Source of the DNA: Desulfomonilaceae bacterium | GTDB lineage: Bacteria > Desulfobacterota > Desulfomonilia > Desulfomonilales > Desulfomonilaceae | NCBI GenBank assembly: GCA_050176095.1 | Contig: JBFXII010000001.1 | Location: 1 to 29,812 of the forward strand | DNA: 29,812 bases | Reading direction: 5' to 3' | Part shown: in pieces, positions 1-8,018 of the stretch | Numbering within the stretch: position 1 is the first letter of the stretch | How the letters are laid out: each line of letters begins with the position of its first letter | Program-made: the position numbers and the translations under genes | The notes under the pieces: generated by a model | Told to the model about the DNA's origin: nothing | Database searches by the model: none | What the model saw: the letters and a program-made list of their open reading frames with translations, nothing else

Positions 1-666
1 GACGGCCTTGGATTGATTATTCGTTTCGATTCGGGGGTCTATTTAATAATTTGGGTATCATTAAAGGTTTCTTTGATAGCCGTAATGTCTGCTGCAATGA
101 TAGGGATTCCCATTGGAGTACTGATCGCGCTGAAAGATTTTTGGCTCAAGAGAGTGTTGACGGTAGCGCTTAACACCGCGATGGCATTTCCCACTGTAGT
201 TCTGGGATTAATGTTTTACGCTTTTTTGAGTCGCAAAGGTCCGCTAGGAGATTATGGGCTTCTGTTCACACCATACGGGATGGAACTCGGATTGTTTTTT
301 CTAGCAACCCCGCTTGTCATTAATCTCACCCTGAGTGCTGTCCAGGCGCTAGACCCGAGATTATTTCTGACATGTCGTACGTTAGGGGCAAATGCTTGGC
401 AGGAATTCTGCATGATACTTAGAGAGGGGCGATTTGCAATAACTGCGGCGGTAGCTTTTGCGTTCGGAAGGGTCATTTCAGAAGTCGGAATTGCAATGAT
501 GCTTGGAGGCAACATCAAAGGTTTCACTAGAACCATGACCACTGCAATTGCTCTCGAAACCAGCAAGGGAGAATTCGAGCTTGGCATGGCATTGGGAATG
601 GCTTTGCTCTTTGTCGCTCTCTTGGTAAACCTTGCTCTTTACGCTCTGCAAAGGCAGTCAAGATGA
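1..666 (+). CDS. tupB: Tungstate ABC transporter permease, 5'-truncated by the window edge
   Basis: The frame is open from base 1 (DGLGLIIRF...), so the track's TTG at 13 is probably not the true start. Hydrophobic ABC permease with TupB-type segments MAFPTVVLGL and GGNIKGFTRTMTTAIALETSKGEF. Its stop overlaps the next ATG (ATGA at 663-666). Confidence 0.85.
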   Translation, partial: DGLGLIIRFDSGVYLIIWVSLKVSLIAVMSAAMIGIPIGVLIALKDFWLKRVLTVALNTAMAFPTVVLGLMFYAFLSRKGPLGDYGLLFTPYGMELGLFFLATPLVINLTLSAVQALDPRLFLTCRTLGANAWQEFCMILREGRFAITAAVAFAFGRVISEVGIAMMLGGNIKGFTRTMTTAIALETSKGEFELGMALGMALLFVALLVNLALYALQRQSR

Positions 667-1328
667 AGATCGCCTACAATCTTAACAAGGTGGACTTTGC
701 TTATGGGACAAAAAAGGTTCTATCAATTGATAAATTAGAAATCCCAGCTGGAATAGTAACGGCAATTCTTGGTCCGAATGGCTCCGGCAAGACCACACTG
801 TTACAAATATTATCTTTTGTAGAACAACCATCCAGCGGATTCGTTAAGTTTTTTGACGAGCCATGCACTAGGAGTAATCGGTTATCTTTTAGACGAAGGA
901 TTGGTTATCTTACCCAAAAGCCGTATCTTTTCAATACAGATGTTTTTGAGAATGTTGCCTGGGCATTGCGTTTGAGGGGCATCGGGAGAAAACTTATAAG
1001 AAAGACTTGCGAACAAGCGTTGGCTCAGGTTGACCTTGTAGGATTTGAAAAGCGCTTGGCACGTTCCCTTTCTGGCGGTGAGGCTCAGCGTGTGGCATTG
1101 GCCCGGGCGCTGGCTATAGATCCAGATGTTTTTCTGTTCGATGAACCAACTTCCCATTTGGACGTCAAAAGTCATGCTCTGATGAATGACATTATTAAGA
1201 GCCTAAAAAGATCTCAAGAAAAAACAATTGTAGTTATAACTCATGATTATTCTGACATTAAAGAGTATGTTCCAAATTTTGTGGAAATAATGGCTGGTAG
1301 GGTCGTCCGCACCAGTTTTGACGTGTGA
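663..1328 (+). CDS. tupC: ABC ATP-binding subunit of the tungstate transporter
   Basis: Walker A GPNGSGKT, signature LSGGEAQR, Walker B LFDEPT, H-loop ITHD. Translationally coupled to tupB. Confidence 0.8.
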   Translation: MKIAYNLNKVDFAYGTKKVLSIDKLEIPAGIVTAILGPNGSGKTTLLQILSFVEQPSSGFVKFFDEPCTRSNRLSFRRRIGYLTQKPYLFNTDVFENVAWALRLRGIGRKLIRKTCEQALAQVDLVGFEKRLARSLSGGEAQRVALARALAIDPDVFLFDEPTSHLDVKSHALMNDIIKSLKRSQEKTIVVITHDYSDIKEYVPNFVEIMAGRVVRTSFDV

Positions 1329-1390
1329 CATTTTCATGTTTCTGATTTGCTAATTTGCTGAGCTATATTTCATGGAGGTCGTTGAGGGAT

Positions 1391-1672
1391 ATGATGGCTG
1401 ATTGTGGAAAAGCCAAACAATCATACAACAAGATACTTGACCTATTGGATCGTAAAGGCCTTCTAAAGGAGCGTCTGCCGTATACACCAGGGCTGCTGGA
1501 AGAAGCAATTTTTTTTGCCTACAAAATGAGACTCATCACTCAAGGAGATGTGAAGACCCTACTTGACCTTGACCGGCAAGGACTCAAAAAAATAATCCGG
1601 GAATGGAATAACGGAGATGAGGGAAATTGCATCTGCAGAATGGCCAGAAATCCTTTCGTGGAGGAGCCTTGA
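1391..1672 (+). CDS. Small hypothetical protein (93 aa) with a possible helix-turn-helix-like segment and Cys residues
   Basis: Purine-rich SD-like sequence (GGAGG/GAGGG) precedes ATG at 1391; the track's TTG at 1355 lacks one. Same strand as tupBC. Confidence 0.65.
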   Translation: MMADCGKAKQSYNKILDLLDRKGLLKERLPYTPGLLEEAIFFAYKMRLITQGDVKTLLDLDRQGLKKIIREWNNGDEGNCICRMARNPFVEEP

Positions 1673-1744
1673 ACAGGTCCTCCATTTATATGGATTCCTG
1701 TGACAGTCTATCACGATCAGTGACCGGACAATGGTCTCAAAGAA

Positions 1745-2626
1745 TTACAAAACCTTGTTAAGTGGGTACTCAATAATTCCTGTAGCGCCAGCCTTGAGTA
1801 ATTTCGGTATCAGGCTTCGCACTATCTCTTCCGAAACCACAGACTCTACACTAAACCAATCAGATTTATAGAGACCGGAGACAGTTGGAGCATTCAGAGA
1901 AGGCAAGAGCCCAACCACTGTCTCAAGTTGTTCCTTCGGAACATTCATTTTGAGACCAACCATTTTTCTGGCCTCAAGCGCCGATTGCAACATCAAATGA
2001 ATTTGGTTAATTTTTTCGCGCTTAAAAGGATCGTCAAAGGCTTTTTTGTTTGCTATCAATTGGGTATTGGTGGTCAAAATATTGTGAATTATTCTCAGGC
2101 CATTTGCTTTCAGGGTGCTTCCGGTTTCGGTCACATCCACGATAGCATCAACTACACCTTCGTTAACTTTGGCCTCCGTGCTTCCCCAGGAAAACTCTAT
2201 TTCCACCTTGATATTACGTTCAGAGAAGAACTTCCTTGTTACTCCAACTAATTCTGTGGCAATTCGCTTGCCATTTAAATCTTCGGGAACATGATAGTTA
2301 GAGTCAGCATCGACTGCAAGCACCCAGCGAGCAGGGTTTTGTGAAACTTTTGAATAAACTAAGTCATCAATAACGCGAACATCGGATTCATTTTCAAGAA
2401 TCCAGTCCTTGCCGGTAAGACCAGCATCAAAAGTTCCTGATTCGACGTATCTTGAAATTTCCTGAGCTCTTAAACGAGCCATGATTATTTCATCGTCATC
2501 GACAGATGGGAAATAGCTCCTAGGCGACACGGTGATATTCCAACCCGCTCTACGAAAAAGCTCTATTGTAGCCTGCTCGAGACTGCCTTTGGGAATTACC
2601 AACCTTAATGGATCGTTTCTAATCAA
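1745..2626 (-). CDS. hisG: ATP phosphoribosyltransferase, long form
   Basis: [25 protein letters not shown] and [13 protein letters not shown] motifs, plus the C-terminal regulatory domain ([10 protein letters not shown]...GATGIIEYP). Confidence 0.95.
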   Translation of the reverse strand: MIRNDPLRLVIPKGSLEQATIELFRRAGWNITVSPRSYFPSVDDDEIIMARLRAQEISRYVESGTFDAGLTGKDWILENESDVRVIDDLVYSKVSQNPARWVLAVDADSNYHVPEDLNGKRIATELVGVTRKFFSERNIKVEIEFSWGSTEAKVNEGVVDAIVDVTETGSTLKANGLRIIHNILTTNTQLIANKKAFDDPFKREKINQIHLMLQSALEARKMVGLKMNVPKEQLETVVGLLPSLNAPTVSGLYKSDWFSVESVVSEEIVRSLIPKLLKAGATGIIEYPLNKVL

Positions 2627-2987
2627 TCTCTTCCAAGACTCCTTCCTTATTTATTCTCCTGAAAAAACAAGTCCACTTTTTGGTGTGGCAAGCGCCATCT
2701 CCTTGCTGGTCCACCAGCAATAGAATGGTATCCAGATCACAATCGACTAATACTTCCCTCACTATTTGGATGTCACCAGAGGTTGCCCCTTTACGCCAAA
2801 GCTCCTTACGAGAACGACTCCAGTAACATGCTCTGCCTTCCCTCAGTGTTGTCTGAAGAGCCTCCTCATTCATGTAAGCCATCATGAGCACCTTGCCTGA
2901 TCGCACGTCCTGAGCTATGGCAGGGATTAAGCCATTGCCTTTATCAAAATCCAAATCATAACCGTTAGCCACTACCGAGGTTATCAT
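2619..2987 (-). CDS. hisI: Phosphoribosyl-AMP cyclohydrolase (standalone, not fused to HisE)
   Basis: [29 protein letters not shown] and ACH...TCF motifs. ATG at 2987 follows GAGGA and lies clear of the upstream stop at 2992, so it is preferred over the track start at 3005. Confidence 0.93.
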   Translation of the reverse strand: MITSVVANGYDLDFDKGNGLIPAIAQDVRSGKVLMMAYMNEEALQTTLREGRACYWSRSRKELWRKGATSGDIQIVREVLVDCDLDTILLLVDQQGDGACHTKKWTCFFRRINKEGVLEEID

Positions 2988-2991
2988 TTTC

Positions 2992-3378
2992 TTATTCCTC
3001 TTCACCTTCTGTCAAGAAAGCAGCCTCCTGAGCTTTCAGAATTGCCATCACTATTTCTACGCTTACCCCTGCTTTAGGAGGCTCGACCGTACCATTCATT
3101 ACTCCAGATAAAAGGTTATTTAGAAAATTGATTGCGTCTGATGGGTTTCTGATGAAAAGACCTTCTTTGAAATGATCTTGGGGAGCTTGATTCATATCTG
3201 TATTCCCTGGAAACGCCATGAAATTTGATGGACCTTCCTCTCCACGTGATTCAAGAATGTCCTTGAAAATCTCGATGGCTTCAGACGTGTAATCATCATA
3301 TTCCTCCCTTAATATCCTCTTAATTTCAGACGTGCTATAAGACTCAAGCATTTCTCTATCAATAGAAAAATTTGACAT
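2992..3378 (-). CDS. Acidic hypothetical protein (128 aa)
   Basis: GGAGG SD upstream of ATG at 3378 ([10 protein letters not shown]...). Stop lies 4 nt before the hisI start. Confidence 0.7.
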   Translation of the reverse strand: MSNFSIDREMLESYSTSEIKRILREEYDDYTSEAIEIFKDILESRGEEGPSNFMAFPGNTDMNQAPQDHFKEGLFIRNPSDAINFLNNLLSGVMNGTVEPPKAGVSVEIVMAILKAQEAAFLTEGEEE

Positions 3379-3459
3379 CGTTCCTCCCGGAGAAAAAACA
3401 GCGCCGCTCCAAAATAGAAGCAGCGCTTTCGGCAAGCATCCAATATATTTACTAACCTT

Positions 3460-3600
3460 TTACTTTATAAACAACTCTATTATTTTTATAGTCTGATCGT
3501 CTCTTTCCCATTCCATTTCATCAAACCATTTCCAAGCTTTGCTCAAGGAGCAACCAGAAAACAGTAAACATATAAGGGCCACAAACGCCAATTTTTTCAT
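3460..3600 (-). CDS. Small predicted lipoprotein (46 aa)
   Basis: GAGGA SD before ATG at 3600. MKK, then a hydrophobic stretch, then lipobox LFSG-C17. Confidence 0.65.
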   Translation of the reverse strand: MKKLAFVALICLLFSGCSLSKAWKWFDEMEWERDDQTIKIIELFIK

Positions 3601-3787
3601 CGCAATCCTCTTTGACCAACCCACCTCAAATGACATGAAGCCCAACCATATCACAGACGATCCAAATAGCTCTAGCTTTGCAAAACCTAACTATAAAATA
3701 TTGTTAATGATAGCACAACTGTTTTCTCTTTCTATAAGCGGGATTTAAGGTTTCGAACCGCTTTTACATTACTCTAATTTCAAAAAT

Positions 3788-3820
3788 ATAAAAAGCCAGG
3801 AGGTCGTAGGCTTCCCGGCT
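3788..3820 (-). terminator. Intrinsic terminator downstream of trxB
   Basis: Minus-strand hairpin AGCCGGGAAG-CCUACGA-CCUCCUGGCU (one GU pair, one mismatch) followed by a U-rich tract, about 45 nt after the trxB stop. Confidence 0.7.
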
Positions 3821-3863
3821 CTTGGTTATAAAAAAAGTCAATGTCTTCTACGACTATTTATTC

Positions 3864-4784
3864 CTACGTGTTTCTTTCCAAATAGTGTTGAGCGCTGAAT
3901 GCGGCTATAGCTCCATCTCCAACCGCAGTCGAAACCTGACGAAGAATCTTTGATCTTATGTCACCTGCCGCAAATATTCCAGGAGCCGACGTAGCCATGG
4001 AATCATCCGTTATCACAAACCCTGCGGGATCAGCATTTACGAGGTGCTTAAAAGGCATATTATTCGGACTGATACCCACGTAAAAGAATATGCCCCCAAC
4101 TGGCAAGTCTATTACGCTACCATCTAGAGTAGATTTAATTTTCACAACTTTAACTTCAGTGTCCCCGACAATCTCTATTGGAACACTGTTCCAGTGAAAT
4201 ATAACGTTTGGATTCGCAAAAGCTTTTTCCTGTATTTCTTTGACAGCGCGTAATTTGTCGCGACGGTGTATCAAATGAACTTTGGTTGCAAACCTAGTAA
4301 GGTAAACAGCCTCTTCAACAGCCGAATCTCCGCCTCCAACTACGACAACCTCAATGTCTCTAAAAAAAGGACCATCACATACTGCGCAATAGCTAACACC
4401 TTTGCCTGCCAATTCCTTCTCACCTGGAATTCCCAATTTAACAGGAACAGCTCCTGTGCAAAGTATTACGGCCCTACACTCAACTTTCATTCCAGAGTCA
4501 TCGGTAAGCTCATAACCTTCTGAGAATTTGTCAACAGACACAATATCCTTGTTTGTGATCTCAAGTCCAAATTTTCGAGCCTGAGATTCCATCCTCTGAG
4601 CCAACTCATATCCATAAACAGGCTCAACGTTTCCTGGGTAATTATCAATCCATTCAGTGGCGGCCATTTGGCCACCGGTTGCGCCTTTTTCAATTAGAAG
4701 AGCCGGAACTCTGGCTCGCGCCGCATACATTCCTGCAGTCAGACCGGCAGGACCACCTCCTAGAATTACCAATCCCGTTTTCAT
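3864..4784 (-). CDS. trxB: Thioredoxin-disulfide reductase (NADPH-type)
   Basis: FAD motif GGGPAG, redox CAVC, NADPH motifs GGGDSA and HRRDKLR, C-terminal IFAAGD...QVSTAVGDG. Start overlaps the trxA stop (TAATG). Confidence 0.96.
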   Translation of the reverse strand: MKTGLVILGGGPAGLTAGMYAARARVPALLIEKGATGGQMAATEWIDNYPGNVEPVYGYELAQRMESQARKFGLEITNKDIVSVDKFSEGYELTDDSGMKVECRAVILCTGAVPVKLGIPGEKELAGKGVSYCAVCDGPFFRDIEVVVVGGGDSAVEEAVYLTRFATKVHLIHRRDKLRAVKEIQEKAFANPNVIFHWNSVPIEIVGDTEVKVVKIKSTLDGSVIDLPVGGIFFYVGISPNNMPFKHLVNADPAGFVITDDSMATSAPGIFAAGDIRSKILRQVSTAVGDGAIAAFSAQHYLERNT

Positions 4785-5116
4785 TAGCTAACCTTGTCGA
4801 GCAATTCCTTAATTTTACTCTTCGGCACAGCGCCAACTATTTGATCTACCACCTGCCCATTTTTGAACAGCATCAGCGTGGGAATACCCCTAACACCATA
4901 TTTGGAGGGCGTCTGTTTGTTGTCATCAACGTTAAGTTTGGCTATTTTTATTTTTTCCCCATATTCATTTGCCAATTCTTCGACAACCGGCCCTACGGTT
5001 CGACATGGACCGCACCACGCGGCCCAAAAATCCACAAGCGCGGGGGTGGATGATTTAAGTATTTCTTCTTCAAAATTTGCATCCGTCACGTGCAAAAGCT
5101 TTCCGCTGTCAGACAT
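4784..5116 (-). CDS. trxA: Thioredoxin
   Basis: [10 protein letters not shown] active site and GIPTL cis-Pro loop. GAGGAG SD upstream. Confidence 0.96.
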   Translation of the reverse strand: MSDSGKLLHVTDANFEEEILKSSTPALVDFWAAWCGPCRTVGPVVEELANEYGEKIKIAKLNVDDNKQTPSKYGVRGIPTLMLFKNGQVVDQIVGAVPKSKIKELLDKVS

Positions 5117-5134
5117 TTCATTACTCCTCTCAAC

Positions 5135-5383
5135 CTATTTATTAACATAATCATTACAACAACGATTTCTCAAAAAATTTATCAATCTTTGCTTCACCGC
5201 CGGCGGAACCTCATCTGATATTCCCTTGCCGCATAACGACACTGTCCGTTCAAGACCCTGAAAAATTATTGCGCAAGGAGGACATTGTCGAAGATGATCT
5301 TCTATAAGTTTACACTCAGCTTCTGACAATTCGCGATCCAGATAATCAGATAATTTCTTGCAGAAATCACTACATTTCTTCAT
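5135..5383 (-). CDS. Zinc-binding anti-sigma factor (ZAS/zf-HC2 type), soluble
   Basis: LSDYLDREL followed by H-x3-C-x2-C (HLRQCPPC). Starts 4 nt after the ECF sigma stop. No transmembrane segment. Confidence 0.85.
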   Translation of the reverse strand: MKKCSDFCKKLSDYLDRELSEAECKLIEDHLRQCPPCAIIFQGLERTVSLCGKGISDEVPPAVKQRLINFLRNRCCNDYVNK

Positions 5384-5387
5384 AGCT

Positions 5388-5987
5388 TTAACTAACTCTC
5401 TGAGTATCGGGCATTTCTTGTTCCATATAATAAGCAGTCAATGCCTCTCGGACAATGTTTCTAGCCCTATGCAATCTTGATTTTACCGCAGGAATTGTCA
5501 ACCCTAAAACATCGGCTGTCTCTTCAATAGTAAATCCATCTATATCCCTCAAAATCATGACCGTCCTGTATATTAACGGAAGTTCATCTATGGCCTGTTC
5601 CAAAATTTTTTTACCCTCCATTGATAAGAGCATTTCCAACGGAGTGCTTACAAATTCCGGCGATGCTGTCATCATTTCATGATATTGCGTTTCCAAGGCA
5701 TCATCGTACTCTACAAAATCATGAACATTCTTCCTTAAGAACATTAGGGCGGCATTTGTTGCTATTCTGAATAACCAGGTAGAAAATGATGAAGCCCCGG
5801 TAAATGAACCCAAGCCCTTATAGGCGCTAAGAAAGGTCTCTTGCAAAAGGTCTTCCGCCTGAGAATTATCGTGAACCATTTTTCTCAGGTGCCTATAAAT
5901 CCTGCCCTGATATTTATCAACCAGCTCTTCAAATGCAGAAAAATCCCCTTGAAGCGTCCTGTTTATGCAGATAGTGTCCTGATCCAT
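5388..5987 (-). CDS. ECF-family RNA polymerase sigma factor
   Basis: Region 2 (AEDLLQETFL, FSTWLFRIATN) and region 4 (EETADVLGLTIPAVKSRLHRAR) signatures in 199 aa. Confidence 0.93.
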   Translation of the reverse strand: MDQDTICINRTLQGDFSAFEELVDKYQGRIYRHLRKMVHDNSQAEDLLQETFLSAYKGLGSFTGASSFSTWLFRIATNAALMFLRKNVHDFVEYDDALETQYHEMMTASPEFVSTPLEMLLSMEGKKILEQAIDELPLIYRTVMILRDIDGFTIEETADVLGLTIPAVKSRLHRARNIVREALTAYYMEQEMPDTQRVS

Positions 5988-6075
5988 GAAGCCCTTCGAT
6001 TAAGAACCATTAGTTCCCGAGAAGCCTGTTTTACAAATAGTGTTTCATCACTTGATGTCAACGATCCAACTTCTT

Positions 6076-6105
6076 ATTATAAAACGCTTTAGATTGGCTG
6101 TTCAA
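6076..6105 (-). promoter_or_regulatory. Putative sigma70 promoter for the sigma-antisigma-trxA-trxB operon
   Basis: Minus strand TTGAAC (6105-6100), 18 nt spacer, TATAAT (6081-6076). Found by eye. Confidence 0.45.
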
Positions 6106-6187
6106 ATAAAAAATTGTTATCAGGCATAGATACCCCAGACTAGATCATTAGTTGAGAAACCTAGGAAAAATTTTCGCAATGCTCCTC

Positions 6188-6216
6188 TTTTAAGCAGCTT
6201 GTGAAATTGCTAGAAT
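6188..6216 (+). promoter_or_regulatory. Putative extended -10 promoter for the sirtuin gene
   Basis: TG-C-TAGAAT at 6208-6216 with a weak -35 (TTTTAA). Confidence 0.35.
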
Positions 6217-6264
6217 GGCGGTAGTTTTTGCCGCGTCTTAAGTAATATATCATTTATACACCAT

Positions 6265-7050
6265 ATGAGGGGTCTTATGAACAAAACTTTGGAAAAAGCA
6301 GCTAAAATTATAAGTAGCGCAAAAAACCTTGTTGCTCTCACAGGCGCCGGTATAAGCACCGAATCAGGCATACCCGATTTTAGAAGTCCTGGGGGTTTGT
6401 GGACCAAGGTCGACCCTGGTGAATTTTCTATAGATCGCTTTCTCCAAAATCCGGCGAGATTTTGGAAAATGAGTATTGATTTAAAAAAATCGGGAGACTT
6501 TGATCTTGCGTCCGCAGTTCCCAACGCGGCTCATTATTCGTTAGCAAAAATGGAAAGAAGCGGTTTGATGAAATGCGTCATAACTCAGAATGTCGATAAC
6601 CTGCACCAAAAAGCCGGTTCGATCGAAGTTGTTGAATTTCATGGCAACCTACTTCGAGCCATTTGCATGAAATGCAAATCCCTTGAGTCCATTGAGAAAG
6701 TGGAACAACGCATTTCCTCGGGTCAGCAAGAGACTCCAAGGTGCAATGACTGTGGGGGCCTTCTAAAACCGGATGCAGTTTTTTTTGGCGAACCCATACC
6801 ATCAAAAGCCATGATGATATCTCAGATTCAGTCTCAGAAATGTGATGTTCTACTTGTGATAGGGACATCTTTACAGGTTTTCCCTGCAGCGCAAATCCCT
6901 ATCGTGGCTAAAATGAAAACCCCTCCTGCTACCATAATTGAAATCAATAGGGAACCGTCCGCGCTTCATTCTCAGGTTACAGATCTACTCGTAATTGGTA
7001 GTGCAGGAGAAATTCTTACCAAGATTGACGCCCTACTCAATCAGGTCTAA
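6265..7050 (+). CDS. NAD-dependent protein deacylase (sirtuin/Sir2 family)
   Basis: GAGISTESGIPDFR, TQNVDNLH, catalytic HG, Zn tetrathiolate CMKC...CNDC, KPDAVFFGE, GTSLQVFPA. Alternative start is ATG 6277. Confidence 0.93.
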   Translation: MRGLMNKTLEKAAKIISSAKNLVALTGAGISTESGIPDFRSPGGLWTKVDPGEFSIDRFLQNPARFWKMSIDLKKSGDFDLASAVPNAAHYSLAKMERSGLMKCVITQNVDNLHQKAGSIEVVEFHGNLLRAICMKCKSLESIEKVEQRISSGQQETPRCNDCGGLLKPDAVFFGEPIPSKAMMISQIQSQKCDVLLVIGTSLQVFPAAQIPIVAKMKTPPATIIEINREPSALHSQVTDLLVIGSAGEILTKIDALLNQV

Positions 7051-7069
7051 ATCTGTTTCAAATCACAGC

Positions 7070-7819
7070 CTAAAAAAGAACGGAGGTTTCTAGGAAAAAA
7101 CCTGTGCGATTGATATCTTGAGTATCGGTATTACTCTTGAATTTAATGTGATCAGCTCTGTAGCCCCCACTGATGGTCCATGTCCAGAACATGTTCACTG
7201 GTATGTCTACTCCACTCATGACCTGCCAGCGCCATGTCTCAAGACTATTGTAATTCCACCAGTCAACCCGTCCCCCAATCTTGGGACGTAAAGCGATGTT
7301 CTCGAAGATCGGATAAAAGGTCCCGTGAAACCCTATTGTGGGAAATGTTAAAGATGTGCTTTCACTGTAGTTGTACAGCTTATCTCCTACAAGAGAGTTG
7401 CTAACTTTCGTATCGTATCCTGCAAAAACAAGGTCCACGTTGCCCCCAAAAAGGATTTGAGGGGTCATGTAAAAATCAAGATCATATCCCAAACGCCAGT
7501 CTCTAATCTTTTCGTAGGACCCATTTACAGACTGATCATAAAGAGTACCAGGTTCAGCGTTTAGCCTGAAAACATGAGCGTTATAAATCCTCAAATCAGC
7601 AAAAAACTCCCACGCAAGTTTGTCCTTTTTTAACCCCATGTTTTCTGATATGCCTATTTTTGTCCTGTCGCTCTGAATGAGGTCCCCTTCTAAAACTGTG
7701 AACCACATTCGGACCCCACCGTCTGCTCTGACATAATTAGGCACTTCCCATGCATACACATTGCCCATAATGAGAAAGCAGGCAATAATTAGCCAGCACA
7801 TAAATAGTATTTTTTTCAT
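7070..7819 (-). CDS. Predicted outer-membrane beta-barrel protein of unknown function
   Basis: Sec signal peptide ending VYA. Many aromatic, alternating strands and a C-terminal strand ending in Phe (GFFLETSVLF), a BAM-type signal. Confidence 0.7.
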   Translation of the reverse strand: MKKILFMCWLIIACFLIMGNVYAWEVPNYVRADGGVRMWFTVLEGDLIQSDRTKIGISENMGLKKDKLAWEFFADLRIYNAHVFRLNAEPGTLYDQSVNGSYEKIRDWRLGYDLDFYMTPQILFGGNVDLVFAGYDTKVSNSLVGDKLYNYSESTSLTFPTIGFHGTFYPIFENIALRPKIGGRVDWWNYNSLETWRWQVMSGVDIPVNMFWTWTISGGYRADHIKFKSNTDTQDINRTGFFLETSVLF

Positions 7820-7950
7820 GATATACAGGCCCTTGAGCTAACAAAAAGCTTTATTACTTTAAGTTTTATATTTAACTAATATAAAATAAAAGATAAATTG
7901 TCAAGCAAAAGCGCGAAATAGACTACCGTTTTTGAACATTAGAGACATTC

Positions 7951-7978
7951 TTGACGTATAGGTATTACATGGTATTAT
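7951..7978 (+). promoter_or_regulatory. sigma70 promoter of the RHH-znuACB operon, overlapped by a direct repeat
   Basis: TTGACG (7951-7956), 16 nt spacer, TATTAT (7973-7978), with an extended -10 TG at 7970-7971. GGTATTA is repeated at 7961-7967 and 7971-7977. Confidence 0.6.
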
Positions 7979-8018
7979 TTTAATTCAGCTCATTAATGAA
8001 TTTCCTAGACGAGGCCTT

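Noticed and set aside
1673-1744. Short inverted repeats (TCCAT/ATGGA, GTGA/TCAC) between the convergent small ORF and hisG
   Set aside because: Stems of 4-5 bp without U-tracts are too weak to call as terminators.
3379-3660. Histidine attenuator or leader peptide upstream of hisI-hisG
   Set aside because: No His-codon run in any short upstream ORF and no terminator/antiterminator set next to hisI.
5988-6060. ECF-type autoregulatory promoter (GGAAC at 6017-6013 or TGAAAC at 6047-6042) upstream of the sigma gene
   Set aside because: No matching -10 element (CGT/GTC/TCT type) at 16-18 nt spacing. The nearest TCGAA is only 13 nt from GGAAC.
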